In this document: positions 28,470 through 37,729 of the stretch, one piece after another
Layout: every line of letters begins with the position of its first letter
How positions within the stretch are numbered: the stretch's first letter is position 1
DNA from: Candidatus Gastranaerophilales bacterium
GTDB lineage: Bacteria > Cyanobacteriota > Vampirovibrionia > Gastranaerophilales > Gastranaerophilaceae
Assembly: GCA_944324255.1 (NCBI GenBank)
Contig: CALUVM010000009.1
Span: forward strand, 211 to 64,210
Length of the DNA stretch: 64,000 nucleotides
Direction: 5' to 3'
The notes under the pieces: model-generated
What the model was told of the DNA's origin: nothing
Database searches by the model: none
The model's input: the letters and a program-made list of their open reading frames with translations, nothing else
Translations under genes and position numbers: made by a program

Positions 28470-28534
28470 AATAAAACCTCCAGAATTTATTATAAAATTT
28501 ATATCTGTATCTGTAAAGAGGCTTAGATTTAATC

Positions 28535-28565
28535 CAAAAAGGAACCGGTCTGATGACCGGTTCCT
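28535..28565 (-). terminator. intrinsic terminator after the TPS-domain gene
   Basis: 10-bp stem ggaaccggtc/gaccggttcc, 4-nt loop, T5 run on the minus strand. Confidence 0.8.
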
Positions 28566-28601
28566 TTATCTTACCATCTTATTTAATTCCCTTACCTATT
28601 A

Positions 28602-30632
28602 CTACTTACCCATAGCGTAGGTTTTAACAACTGTTACAGATCCGTCAACGTTCTTACGAACACCTTTATCAATTTCTTCATCAAGGTCAGCTGCGAATGC
28701 TACCGGAGTGTATACTGAGTTTGCATCAATTGCTGCGTTGATTTGATCTCGCTGAAGGTTATTCAGGATTTTAACGTTATCGTGATCTTCCGGATTTGGA
28801 AGCGGTTCAGGGTCAGGACCAGGCTGGTCGCCGCCGTTTACTACAAGGTATGTAGTGTTGTTTGGTCTGCCGTTTTCGTTAACGTTTAATCCGTTTTCAC
28901 CGTTTGCCATATCATAAGTGATTTCTGTATTACCGTTGATTACAATTTCTTGAGCGTCACGAATATTTGTGTATTTCAAGTCATAATCTCTGCTTGCTGT
29001 TTCAACTGTTAAGTTATCAGTTTTATTGCCTACTCTGATTTGATTTGCGTGAACATCGTTACCTGTGATTTTCATATCATTTTCAGCTTCCAAGTAAACT
29101 TTATCGGCATTAACACCTGTTACATCAAGATTTGATTTAGAACCGATAGCTGCATATTGTGTATCAAGGTTTGTGATTGTACCGCCATCAACATACAGAA
29201 GAGATAATGTTGTCGGAGGAAGTAATTTATATCCTTCCATTGTTCCGATGAATTTTTCAGTTGAATCTAAACCGCCGACATATCCGTCTGCAATGAAGCT
29301 GTATTCATCGGCAGTCAAGGTTGCTTTTCCGTCAGTGATAATATTTAAAGTGCCTGATTCAAGAGCAATTGCTTGAGCTGTAGTATCAACCGATATACCG
29401 ATGCTGCCTTCTCTTGCCAAAGCATCAATAGTACCGTCTACATTTAAACTGCCTGCTGCGATTTGTCCTTCTTCAAAGTTATAACCGCCGATATGAATAT
29501 TATGAATTGAATCAATGTTTAAATTACCACCGATATTATTTTTTCCAACAAGGTGAACGTAATGTTTAATATGGTCATTTACACCTGTTGTAGTTTTTAA
29601 AGATACATTTCCGCCGGTTGTTAAATTACCGACTTCCATAACACCGCCGGCATTTGCTAATTTAACATCGCCGTCAACTTTTGCATTTGCTAAATACACC
29701 ATGCTGCCGAGGTTGTTGCCGGATTCCGCATCAATAATATTTGTTGAAGCGCTTCCTGTTGTTTTAGCATCCAAATTGCCTTTGACTTCAAAAACATTTT
29801 TATCAGGATTTGAGTAATTAAGTGCAATAACACCCTGTGAATCAATCGTTAAATCACCATTGATAGTTCCGCCGTTAACAACTTTAACAATATCTTCACC
29901 TGATAATATGTAAACATCCCCGTTAACACTTACGGTTTCTAATTTAACACCGGCATTAGCAATTTTTTGACCGTCAGCCGGAGCAACTAAATAGTCCTGA
30001 CCGTTTCTTGTAACGAGTTTGAATCCTTGTTCAGCTGTAATAATTGATTTTATAGCATTAACAGAAGGTGAAAGAATATTGAATTCACCGCCTACTGAAA
30101 AATCTGAATTCTGAATTGTTACACCGTTAATTGCAGCTTGATTTAATTTTGAAATATCTAACTGACCGTTAACATAGTTTACGCCGAGAGCTTGAGTTGT
30201 TAACATCAAGTCGCCGGCTGTAGTAAATTTAGCCCCGTCAAATAACATACCGTTCGGGTTAGATATAATTAATTTTGCAATACCATCGTTAGCATTAATA
30301 TTACCATAAATCTGAGACATCCCGCCGTTAACAGTATTAACAACCGTTAAATCGTTTGCTCCGTTTACGGCATTAAAGTTTAAACTTTCACCATTATTAA
30401 TATTTAAGGAACCCCAGTTAACATGAGCATTACCATTAAAATTAAGATCTACATTACCTGTACCGGCACCGTTCATACCGGCAAATCCGCCCTGTGTCGA
30501 GTCAATAACCGCACCGCCGATTCCGCCGCCTAAACCTGTATCCATTGCAGCAAATGAAATCTGCATTGTAGCGAACATTGTACATAGCGCGATGGCTGAT
30601 AGTTTTTTTGCAAAATTTCTCATAATTTTCAA
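28602..30632 (-). CDS. filamentous-haemagglutinin-type exoprotein with an N-terminal TPS (haemagglutination activity) domain
   Basis: Signal peptide, then NFNGNAHVNWGSLNINNGESLNFN ... LIISNPNGMLFDGAKF (NPNG motif). Followed by beta-helix-like G/N/T-rich repeats and a Pro-rich linker near the C-terminus. Confidence 0.75.
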   Translation of the reverse strand: MKIMRNFAKKLSAIALCTMFATMQISFAAMDTGLGGGIGGAVIDSTQGGFAGMNGAGTGNVDLNFNGNAHVNWGSLNINNGESLNFNAVNGANDLTVVNTVNGGMSQIYGNINANDGIAKLIISNPNGMLFDGAKFTTAGDLMLTTQALGVNYVNGQLDISKLNQAAINGVTIQNSDFSVGGEFNILSPSVNAIKSIITAEQGFKLVTRNGQDYLVAPADGQKIANAGVKLETVSVNGDVYILSGEDIVKVVNGGTINGDLTIDSQGVIALNYSNPDKNVFEVKGNLDAKTTGSASTNIIDAESGNNLGSMVYLANAKVDGDVKLANAGGVMEVGNLTTGGNVSLKTTTGVNDHIKHYVHLVGKNNIGGNLNIDSIHNIHIGGYNFEEGQIAAGSLNVDGTIDALAREGSIGISVDTTAQAIALESGTLNIITDGKATLTADEYSFIADGYVGGLDSTEKFIGTMEGYKLLPPTTLSLLYVDGGTITNLDTQYAAIGSKSNLDVTGVNADKVYLEAENDMKITGNDVHANQIRVGNKTDNLTVETASRDYDLKYTNIRDAQEIVINGNTEITYDMANGENGLNVNENGRPNNTTYLVVNGGDQPGPDPEPLPNPEDHDNVKILNNLQRDQINAAIDANSVYTPVAFAADLDEEIDKGVRKNVDGSVTVVKTYAMGK

Positions 30633-30888
30633 TCCTCTAATTACCTATGTACTTATATAAAAAATCTATACTTGTAGAAATTGCCTGTTTGTTAAGAATG
30701 TTTAAGATATTTTTTTTATTCATACACACTTACTCCTTCGGCAAACTTCATTATACTGCTAAAAAAGCCGTAAATAAAAATATTTGCGCTAAACATAAAG
30801 AATATTTAACAAAAATTTACAATTACGATATCCGTGCGCAAAAAATGTTGTTATCATTAAATTAAAATTACTATTGGATATTAAAGAC

Positions 30889-32085
30889 TTATCCTGCAAT
30901 AGCTTTATAAATAAGAGAGGAAGCTTTCACTATAAAGTCTTTACCTTGAGGAGAATTATACGGACGATTTGCCAGTATAACCACAATGTATTTTTTACCG
31001 TTTTGAGCATATACAATACCGGCATCACCAAGCATTGTACCTATATCTCCGGTTTTGTGAATAAATAAAGCATCATCACTCAGCCCGGCTTGAATAAGTC
31101 TGTCATTTTTAACATGACTCATATAATCAATTATGCTTTCTCTTGAATTGATATTCAAAAATCCGGGGTTATCAAGATTGTACAAAATTTTCGCAATATC
31201 GGATGCCGTTGTTTTATTAGTACCGCCCAGATCCGGAAGCCATGTTCTTACATAAGTTTTGGAAATACCCCAATCTCTAAGTCCGATATTAATATCATCC
31301 ATTCCGCCTAATTTTGCCATTATCATATTTGTGGAAGTGTTATCCGAATCCTGTATCATAATTTTAGCAAGGTAGTCCATTGTATAATCTCTGCCTGCCT
31401 GAGAGTACTGGAGATTTCCTGAACCTGACGAGCGGTACTGCTCCAGCATCTTCATTTCGTCATAAATAGTAAATTGATTTGCCTCAATCGCCTTAAACAT
31501 ACGAACAAGAACCGGAAGCTTTATAATACTGGCAGCCGGATAAATTTTATCCGCATTAATATCAACATATTGTCCTTTATCATACTCCCATACATATATC
31601 GCAGGTTTAATAGAAGGATATTGGAGCATTAAGTTCAGGAGCTGTTTTTTTAAACCTGACATTTCAGAAGTATGATACATTGTAGTTACTTCACTATGCA
31701 TTTTTTGTATAGTAGGTGTTAAAAGTAAATTATTGTTATATAAATCATTATTTATATAATTTGTTATCGGATTAGCCAGCATATAAAGATTAACCGCTGT
31801 ATCCAAAGCCGGATTTTGAGTTTTCATATTATTGACAAATGAAGTTCTTACAGGCACGCCGGAATAGAAGAACACCTGCTTAATCAACCTGTGATAACTA
31901 ACAGGAAATATAAACAAGCCAAAAGCTGTCAAAAAAGAAATTACAACAACAAATCTAAACAACGCAACAATAGGGTTAACCTTTTTAACCCTAATCTTTT
32001 TCGGTTGAATTCTCTTCCTTACAATTCGTCTTTCAGGGACAACACGTAAGGTTCGGACTTCTCGTTGCTGATTATATGCGTACAA
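30889..32085 (-). CDS. membrane-anchored serine hydrolase, class A beta-lactamase/PBP-like
   Basis: SxxK (ASIIK), SDN (QDSDNTS) and KTG (HKTGD) motifs in canonical order. N-terminal TM. TTG start with GGAGGG 7 nt upstream. Confidence 0.75.
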   Translation of the reverse strand: MYAYNQQREVRTLRVVPERRIVRKRIQPKKIRVKKVNPIVALFRFVVVISFLTAFGLFIFPVSYHRLIKQVFFYSGVPVRTSFVNNMKTQNPALDTAVNLYMLANPITNYINNDLYNNNLLLTPTIQKMHSEVTTMYHTSEMSGLKKQLLNLMLQYPSIKPAIYVWEYDKGQYVDINADKIYPAASIIKLPVLVRMFKAIEANQFTIYDEMKMLEQYRSSGSGNLQYSQAGRDYTMDYLAKIMIQDSDNTSTNMIMAKLGGMDDINIGLRDWGISKTYVRTWLPDLGGTNKTTASDIAKILYNLDNPGFLNINSRESIIDYMSHVKNDRLIQAGLSDDALFIHKTGDIGTMLGDAGIVYAQNGKKYIVVILANRPYNSPQGKDFIVKASSLIYKAIAG

Positions 32086-32266
32086 AAAACAGCCCTCCGC
32101 TCCCTTTCTATCAGTATGCTAACATTATATTAAGTTTTGTAACATCCTTCAAATAGTTGAATATTGTCAGATAAAGTTAAAAACCCGACAGTTTAGACTA
32201 AGCCGAATGTCTAATGTTAATTAACAAAAACCTCTTACAATAAAGAAGTAACCAAGGAGTATAATT

Positions 32267-32581
32267 ATGAAAAAGCTTTTAATACTAACCGCCATTTTAA
32301 TTTCCATCCCTGCTTTTGCAGCCTGTCCGATTGACGGAACAGGAGAGGCTTGTTCTATTGCACAAATGAGAACACCCATGGCAACTACTTATGATGTTAA
32401 ACCTATGATCCAGGAATACGCAGATTCTCCGGAAGCCAGACTCAACCCTGCACAAAATGAAGCGCCCAAAAAACAATTAAGAGAATTCCGTACGCAAAAT
32501 AGTGATTACAGCTATAACTCAAGTTGTCAATTCGGAATGTGTCTGCAAGACAGAAGTGATACACTGTTTCAAAACAGGTAA
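32267..32581 (+). CDS. small secreted Cys-containing protein (possible lipoprotein), unknown function
   Basis: Signal peptide ending PAFAAC, strong SD aaggag. No family recognised. Confidence 0.55.
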   Translation: MKKLLILTAILISIPAFAACPIDGTGEACSIAQMRTPMATTYDVKPMIQEYADSPEARLNPAQNEAPKKQLREFRTQNSDYSYNSSCQFGMCLQDRSDTLFQNR

Positions 32582-32589
32582 CACACAAA

Positions 32590-32630
32590 GAGATGCTGGG
32601 TTATGGATAAAATCCATAACCCAGCATCTC
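32590..32630. terminator. perfect 18-bp hairpin between convergent genes (bidirectional terminator)
   Basis: gagatgctgggttatgga / tccataacccagcatctc with a 5-nt loop and T-rich flanks. Confidence 0.8.
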
Positions 32631-32650
32631 TTCTTTCTTCAAAATTTTTA

Positions 32651-33040
32651 TTAAAGCATATTCTTTCTGATTTTTTCTTTTGCTTTATCAATTTCTTTAA
32701 TTCGTTTTTCAACAGCTTTTACTTGTTTTTTAAGAGCAGATCTCTCGTTTTTTATCAATTTATACTGAGCATCTACATCAGCATATTTTGTTTTGCAATT
32801 AAGAAGGTCGTTACGTATATCAACCTGAGCATTTTCAAGCTGGGTCAAAGCATTTTGAATATTGCCGTTTCCAACTGCTTCACTTGCTGCAGCATCAACA
32901 GCAGCTCTTCCGTATGCAGTATCGGTTGTTTTTCCGTAACTCGTATCATTAAAGTTTAACGGAGTAAACGCATTACCGTCAGCATAAGCGGCACCGTTCA
33001 GAATCAATAAAGCACTTAAAGCAAAAATTATTTTTTTCAT
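32651..33040 (-). CDS. secreted coiled-coil protein, unknown function
   Basis: I start it at MKKIIFALSALLILNGAAYA (ATG 33040, SD aggaga) rather than at 33076. The C-terminal half is heptad-like and Lys/Glu-rich. Confidence 0.55.
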   Translation of the reverse strand: MKKIIFALSALLILNGAAYADGNAFTPLNFNDTSYGKTTDTAYGRAAVDAAASEAVGNGNIQNALTQLENAQVDIRNDLLNCKTKYADVDAQYKLIKNERSALKKQVKAVEKRIKEIDKAKEKIRKNML

Positions 33041-33200
33041 TAAATCTCTCCTTATATCCAAATTACTAACATACATAATAAACCATTATTTTTAATTTGA
33101 AATCCTTTATTAAATGTAGAGAGTTAATAAATTTTAAACTTTTGTAACAAAAAGTCAATTATTTAAATATTATATACTTTATATATTTACAGGAGAAATT

Positions 33201-33986
33201 ATGAGCTTAGATAAAATAGATTTTAGCAATATAACTTTTACAGGTAATTCTTTACCGGAATTCAAGTTCAACTTTACTACTGTTTCAACCCCATTTTATG
33301 GAGGAAACTGGGGCTGGTATAACTCTCCAATGTTTTTCGGCAATACCATGAATTTATCCGGAGGAATATTTAATTGGGAAAATTTATATAACCCTGAACA
33401 GCCGCAAAAATTCGATTTCTCCAAGTTATGGGAAGCAGTAAGCAGTAACAATAATTCAACAAACCCCTCTTTATTTTCTTTCTCATGGGAAAACTTTAAA
33501 CCTGCCGCAATATGGAATTCCGGCACAAAAAAAAGCAGCGATACAGACTATGCAGCTCTGAGCAGGAGCAGTGCACTGGAAGCCGCAGCCAAAGACCCTA
33601 ATCTGGAAAAATTAACAGGCGGCAAGGGCTGGTCAATCAGTGAGAGTTCTTTTATAAATGATATACCTTATGCCAGAAAAGGCGTTAGTACAATTCTAAC
33701 CAGAGCTGCAGAGCTTACGGGAGAAACCCTTGTTGTAACATCTGCACTCGGAACAAAAGATTCACCGCACGCAAAAGGAACCAGCGAGGCAAGCCACTAT
33801 AACAGCAAAAATCCTAAACTTGATTTCGGCGGCGGCTTAAGCCTTTCTGCGGCAGAAGCATTGAAAAAGAAATTAGATGATACAGGCTTATTCTCCAGAG
33901 TCGATGTTGAAAAAGACGGGGATACGGCACACCTTGATGTCCAAATTGCAAGCAGTGCCTTTGAAAAAATAGATACCCTTGCTTAA
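33201..33986 (+). CDS. hypothetical protein; the C-terminal third weakly resembles the Hedgehog/DD-peptidase (M15-like) zinc-binding fold
   Basis: LVVTSALGTKDSPHAKGTSEASHYNSKNPKLDF ... DTAHLDV resembles the S-x-H...D...H-x-D pattern, but the spacing is non-canonical. Good SD. Confidence 0.45.
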   Translation: MSLDKIDFSNITFTGNSLPEFKFNFTTVSTPFYGGNWGWYNSPMFFGNTMNLSGGIFNWENLYNPEQPQKFDFSKLWEAVSSNNNSTNPSLFSFSWENFKPAAIWNSGTKKSSDTDYAALSRSSALEAAAKDPNLEKLTGGKGWSISESSFINDIPYARKGVSTILTRAAELTGETLVVTSALGTKDSPHAKGTSEASHYNSKNPKLDFGGGLSLSAAEALKKKLDDTGLFSRVDVEKDGDTAHLDVQIASSAFEKIDTLA

Positions 33987-35059
33987 AGAAGAATTTGTGT
34001 ACCTAAAATCACTCTGTGTGAATCATCGAACAAATCATTTTGACAATATACATAATTTAGCATAAGTTTTAGTGCCTGTTCCTTAATAAAATAGTTGAAC
34101 CCGCACGAATATTCTCTTCTTATATCATCAGAATACGCAAGATTAGGGGTAAACTGGTCATATCTCATTAAAAATTGAAGTTTGGTAGTAATTTTATATC
34201 CGAGAGTTGTGTAAAAACCTTCCGCTTCATCCGAAGATATTGCTAAAGCGCCGTTATATCCGTTAGCTCTTGCATACTCAAAATCAAGAGATAAATTCTT
34301 ATATTCATAACCTGCATAAGCACCGGATACAAAATAATCAATCTCATTTTGTCCGGCAGTTATTCCGCCTCCGAGTTTTAGACTTCCCCATTTACCATCT
34401 GTAAAAGCCAATGGCTTTAAGGTTGCCCAACCTGCAAATTCAGCCCCGGGGAAGAATTTTCTAAAATACGTATCAGAGCTGTAACCGCCCAGATCATATT
34501 CTATAAAATCATATTTTCCTTTTACACGAAGCCCCAATTTTCTTGTATTACCAAAAGTTCTTCCGATTTGCGATCTGGCTACAAACGGAATTAAAGCTGT
34601 TGACTGTGCTCCTTCATAACCATTCGGAGTTCTTGTATTACCTAATATTACAGTATGATTGGGAATTGCTGTATTAGCAATATATATATCACTCGGCAAA
34701 TATTGCCAGAAGGAATAATTATTCTGCGGGTCAAATCTTAACCTAGTTTCATAATAAGTTTTACCATCTCTGAATCTGCCATTGACACCGGCACTGATTT
34801 CACTAAACCCGTAATCCGCATCCCCTTCTCCCGGATAAAAGCCGAGTTCCCCCCTGTACAAACCAAAAAAATGCATACTCTCAACAGGAGATTTTGCGAA
34901 ATTTTTTGTTAAAATTTCCTCAAACAAATACTCCGTTTTCCCATCAGGTTTATTACTCAAAAATTCATCATCAACCTTCAAAATAACTTCCTCTATGGAA
35001 AATGCAGGAAGGGCAAATATTATCAATATAAAAAACACTAAAAAAACGGACTTCTTCAT
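33983..35059 (-). CDS. outer-membrane beta-barrel porin (phosphate-porin O/P-like)
   Basis: Signal peptide from the ATG at 35059, alternating beta-strand pattern, GNTRTPNGYEGAQSTALIPFVARSQI resembles the OprO/P core motif. Confidence 0.5.
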   Translation of the reverse strand: MKKSVFLVFFILIIFALPAFSIEEVILKVDDEFLSNKPDGKTEYLFEEILTKNFAKSPVESMHFFGLYRGELGFYPGEGDADYGFSEISAGVNGRFRDGKTYYETRLRFDPQNNYSFWQYLPSDIYIANTAIPNHTVILGNTRTPNGYEGAQSTALIPFVARSQIGRTFGNTRKLGLRVKGKYDFIEYDLGGYSSDTYFRKFFPGAEFAGWATLKPLAFTDGKWGSLKLGGGITAGQNEIDYFVSGAYAGYEYKNLSLDFEYARANGYNGALAISSDEAEGFYTTLGYKITTKLQFLMRYDQFTPNLAYSDDIRREYSCGFNYFIKEQALKLMLNYVYCQNDLFDDSHRVILGTQILL

Positions 35060-35068
35060 TGAATACAA

Positions 35069-35077
35069 ATTATACCA
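35069..35077 (-). promoter_or_regulatory. extended -10 promoter TGGTATAAT placed 9 nt before the porin ATG (very short or no leader)
   Basis: The minus strand reads TGGTATAATttgtattcaATG. The upstream in-frame ATG at 35080 lies inside the promoter itself. Confidence 0.45.
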
Positions 35078-35258
35078 CATAATCCCTGCTCTATACAGAG
35101 TATTTTTAAAAATTTTCTACACTAAATGGATGATTTTTCATTTTTATCATAATAAATTTACAGCTCCCTAATATATAATGATAGTAGGAATATTGACTTC
35201 AAAAAAAAGATTATTAAAAACCATATTAACAACAAATACTAAATAGGAGAATAAGTCT

Positions 35259-36845
35259 ATGGGAATGGCAGCATCTCAAGCCAGATACTTAGCTCTGGTT
35301 GCTAGAAAATCCAATTGCGAATATGAAGGACAGCAAATTAACCAGGCACGGACTGTGCTTTCTAATCAAAGTGCAAATCTGTTTAACCAGATGTTAGGAT
35401 TGTCAGTACCTGTACCTCCTAGTACTCAAGATTATACAAAAGTACAATACTCATATTCAGATGGGTCAAATGATTCAGTTATAGACAGCTGGCAGCAATT
35501 ATCCAGTGCTGATCCTGATTACAACTATGTAGTAACTCATTACTACTATACAGACCGGTATACCGGTTCCATGAAAAGATTATCAGACCCGCAAGTCCAA
35601 TTCTCCGGCGGGACAAATGCAACCATTGCGCAAATTACAGCTGCTCAAAACCTTGTTACACAAACAAAGCAAGCTTATGAAGATGCCGTAGCTGCACGTC
35701 AGGATATGGAAGCTCAAGCAGCAACACTGTCAAATTATACAGACAGAACAACGTATACCGGCATTAACGAAAGCACCTATAATGCCGAAACAGATACATA
35801 TTCATTCAGAACAAGAGATATGACCGCAGGTGAATACCATAACTATACCGGCTATAATTCTCTTGACCCTGATGATCAAGCTTTGGTGCTTGCAGGTATT
35901 CAAAGGCTTATTGATGAAGGCGCACTGGATTTAGATCCAGAAAATCCTGACTTAACAGAAATTTATTATGATGCTGAAACAGGTGACATTGCATTCAGCT
36001 CTGATCTTTCAAGCCTTTATGGCGGCACGAGCGGCGGTTCGCAAACAATATTACCGGTGCTTCATCTAACCGGAGCTCAGTCTATTGGCAATATAGCTAA
36101 TGAATATGATGACCAGATAGATGCCCTTAGAGAAGCTGAAGAGACAGCCAAAGGCGCTTATGATGCAGCCGTATTTGATTATGAATCTTTACAGCGTCCT
36201 ACTTATATCGGAAACAGCGAGTTGACATTGCTGACTTCTTTAACAAAAGATCAGGAAGCTGAAATAAGGCAGGTTGTCGCAGATTTAAAAGAACAGGGCA
36301 TTGATGCCGATATTGTAAACTGCTACAGCGAGGATGGCGGATATCAGGGCGGTATTTATTCATTCCAGCTTAACGGTACAACTTATTATACGACATATCA
36401 AGACCTGTTAAATTCATACTCAAGCGGAACGGGAAATAATCATATTGACGGACAGGCAAAATTGAATTATTACAACGCCAGCTATGTTTCTACAAGAATA
36501 GAAGAAACAGAAAAAGCACTTTTAGAAACTGACGGAAACGGCAGATTCACAAGTGTTCGCTTTGAAAATGATTCTGTAACTTATACCTTAAATATGGAAA
36601 CGGTTACTGATGAAGATGCATATCAGGATGCAATGAACCAGTATTACTATGATAATGCTGTGTATGATAAAACCGTACAAGATATTAATGCACAAACTTC
36701 ATTAATTCAACAACAAGACTTACAACTTGAATTAAGACTTAAACAGCTTGATACAGAACAAAGCGCACTGTCTACAGAAATGGAAGCTGTTAAGAAAGTT
36801 GTTGATGATAACGTTGAAAGTTCATTTAAAACCTTTAACGGATAG
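35259..36845 (+). CDS. hypothetical 528-aa protein with conserved N- and C-terminal helices and a Tyr/Thr/Asp-rich variable middle; no signal peptide
   Basis: Strong SD aggaga. Both termini resemble the 109-aa ORF at 38363. No known family recognised. Confidence 0.7.
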   Translation: MGMAASQARYLALVARKSNCEYEGQQINQARTVLSNQSANLFNQMLGLSVPVPPSTQDYTKVQYSYSDGSNDSVIDSWQQLSSADPDYNYVVTHYYYTDRYTGSMKRLSDPQVQFSGGTNATIAQITAAQNLVTQTKQAYEDAVAARQDMEAQAATLSNYTDRTTYTGINESTYNAETDTYSFRTRDMTAGEYHNYTGYNSLDPDDQALVLAGIQRLIDEGALDLDPENPDLTEIYYDAETGDIAFSSDLSSLYGGTSGGSQTILPVLHLTGAQSIGNIANEYDDQIDALREAEETAKGAYDAAVFDYESLQRPTYIGNSELTLLTSLTKDQEAEIRQVVADLKEQGIDADIVNCYSEDGGYQGGIYSFQLNGTTYYTTYQDLLNSYSSGTGNNHIDGQAKLNYYNASYVSTRIEETEKALLETDGNGRFTSVRFENDSVTYTLNMETVTDEDAYQDAMNQYYYDNAVYDKTVQDINAQTSLIQQQDLQLELRLKQLDTEQSALSTEMEAVKKVVDDNVESSFKTFNG

Positions 36846-36883
36846 TCTGATTAAATTTATTAGAAAATGTATAAGAGGCTACT

Positions 36884-37729
36884 ATGGCATACAAAAACGA
36901 CGGATACCTTGTAATAGCAAACAGATATGGCTCGGCATCATCAGATGCAAAGTCTATGCTGTATGAAACTTATGACAGGTTAAGGGATTTAACTGTTGCA
37001 GGTTCTGTTGGAACAGGTACGGGATTTGAAGCTGCAGGCGGCTTTTTATATCAATTAGCCAGTTTATTTGCACCGTCAGCCTTTATGACAACTTTAGGCG
37101 GAACAACCGCAATGAACATTCCGGGAACATCATACTGGTCGCAATATACAGGCGGCACAGGCGGACTTACCGGCTCTTACTCATCTTTCGGGGTTAACAG
37201 TCTTGGTAATTACTCTGGTTTCCCGAGCGGCTATGCTTCAAGCCTTAGCGGATATACAACAGGCGGAGCATCCTCAATTGGAGATTTACTGTACGGTTAT
37301 GGTTCTTCTTCCGGAACAGCTACCGGATATGCTTCAGGAATCGGAAGTATTGCAGACATTGCAAGCGCTGCAGCATACGGAGTAGGAACCGCAAACGGTT
37401 ACGGAGTCGGTGCTGCTAACATTTTAATGCCATTAGCAGGACTTGTTTCAGGATGGGGCGGAATTATGACAGCAGCTGCGCCTTATTTAGGTGAATTTGG
37501 TCTGCCGGCAGTTGTTATGGGAAACTTAATGCAAGGAACTACCTCTGCTGCCTTATCTGCATACCAATCTGTTTCTCAAAATGTACTATCAAATGCTGAT
37601 ACAATTCTCTCTCAAAAAGTTGCAAACATTGAAACTGTTGTAAAAATGCTTGATACTCAAAGTGATATTGTAAGAAAAATGTTAAAAGACGATCTGGAAA
37701 GCAACAGTCAGGAAATTGAAAACTTATAA
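36884..37729 (+). CDS. hypothetical Gly/Ser/Tyr/Thr low-complexity protein with a hydrophobic Gly-rich segment and a helical C-terminus
   Basis: SD aagagg, 38 nt after the previous gene. SYG/GYG-type repeats across about residues 60-200. Confidence 0.65.
   Translation: MAYKNDGYLVIANRYGSASSDAKSMLYETYDRLRDLTVAGSVGTGTGFEAAGGFLYQLASLFAPSAFMTTLGGTTAMNIPGTSYWSQYTGGTGGLTGSYSSFGVNSLGNYSGFPSGYASSLSGYTTGGASSIGDLLYGYGSSSGTATGYASGIGSIADIASAAAYGVGTANGYGVGAANILMPLAGLVSGWGGIMTAAAPYLGEFGLPAVVMGNLMQGTTSAALSAYQSVSQNVLSNADTILSQKVANIETVVKMLDTQSDIVRKMLKDDLESNSQEIENL

Noticed and set aside
32603-32959. A 118-aa ORF on the plus strand.
   Set aside because: It begins in the 18-bp terminator hairpin and is antisense to the better-supported secreted coiled-coil gene (signal peptide plus SD) at 32651-33040.
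33141-33150. The recurrent motif TTTGTAACA upstream of several unknown plus-strand genes (32135-32144, 33141-33150, 37826-37834 as TTTGTAACG, 37981-37990; related TTTTGTAAAG at 43551-43560).
   Set aside because: In an AT-rich genome an 8-9-mer like this is expected several times by chance, and I also see TTGTAAC inside coding sequence (for example about 12711). I cannot show enrichment without a genome-wide count.
35259-36845. Calling the 528-aa protein a flagellin.
   Set aside because: Only the general design (conserved terminal helices, variable middle, no signal peptide) is flagellin-like. The flagellin N-terminal consensus (for example LSSGLRINSAKDDAAG) is absent, and no flagellar genes are in the window.
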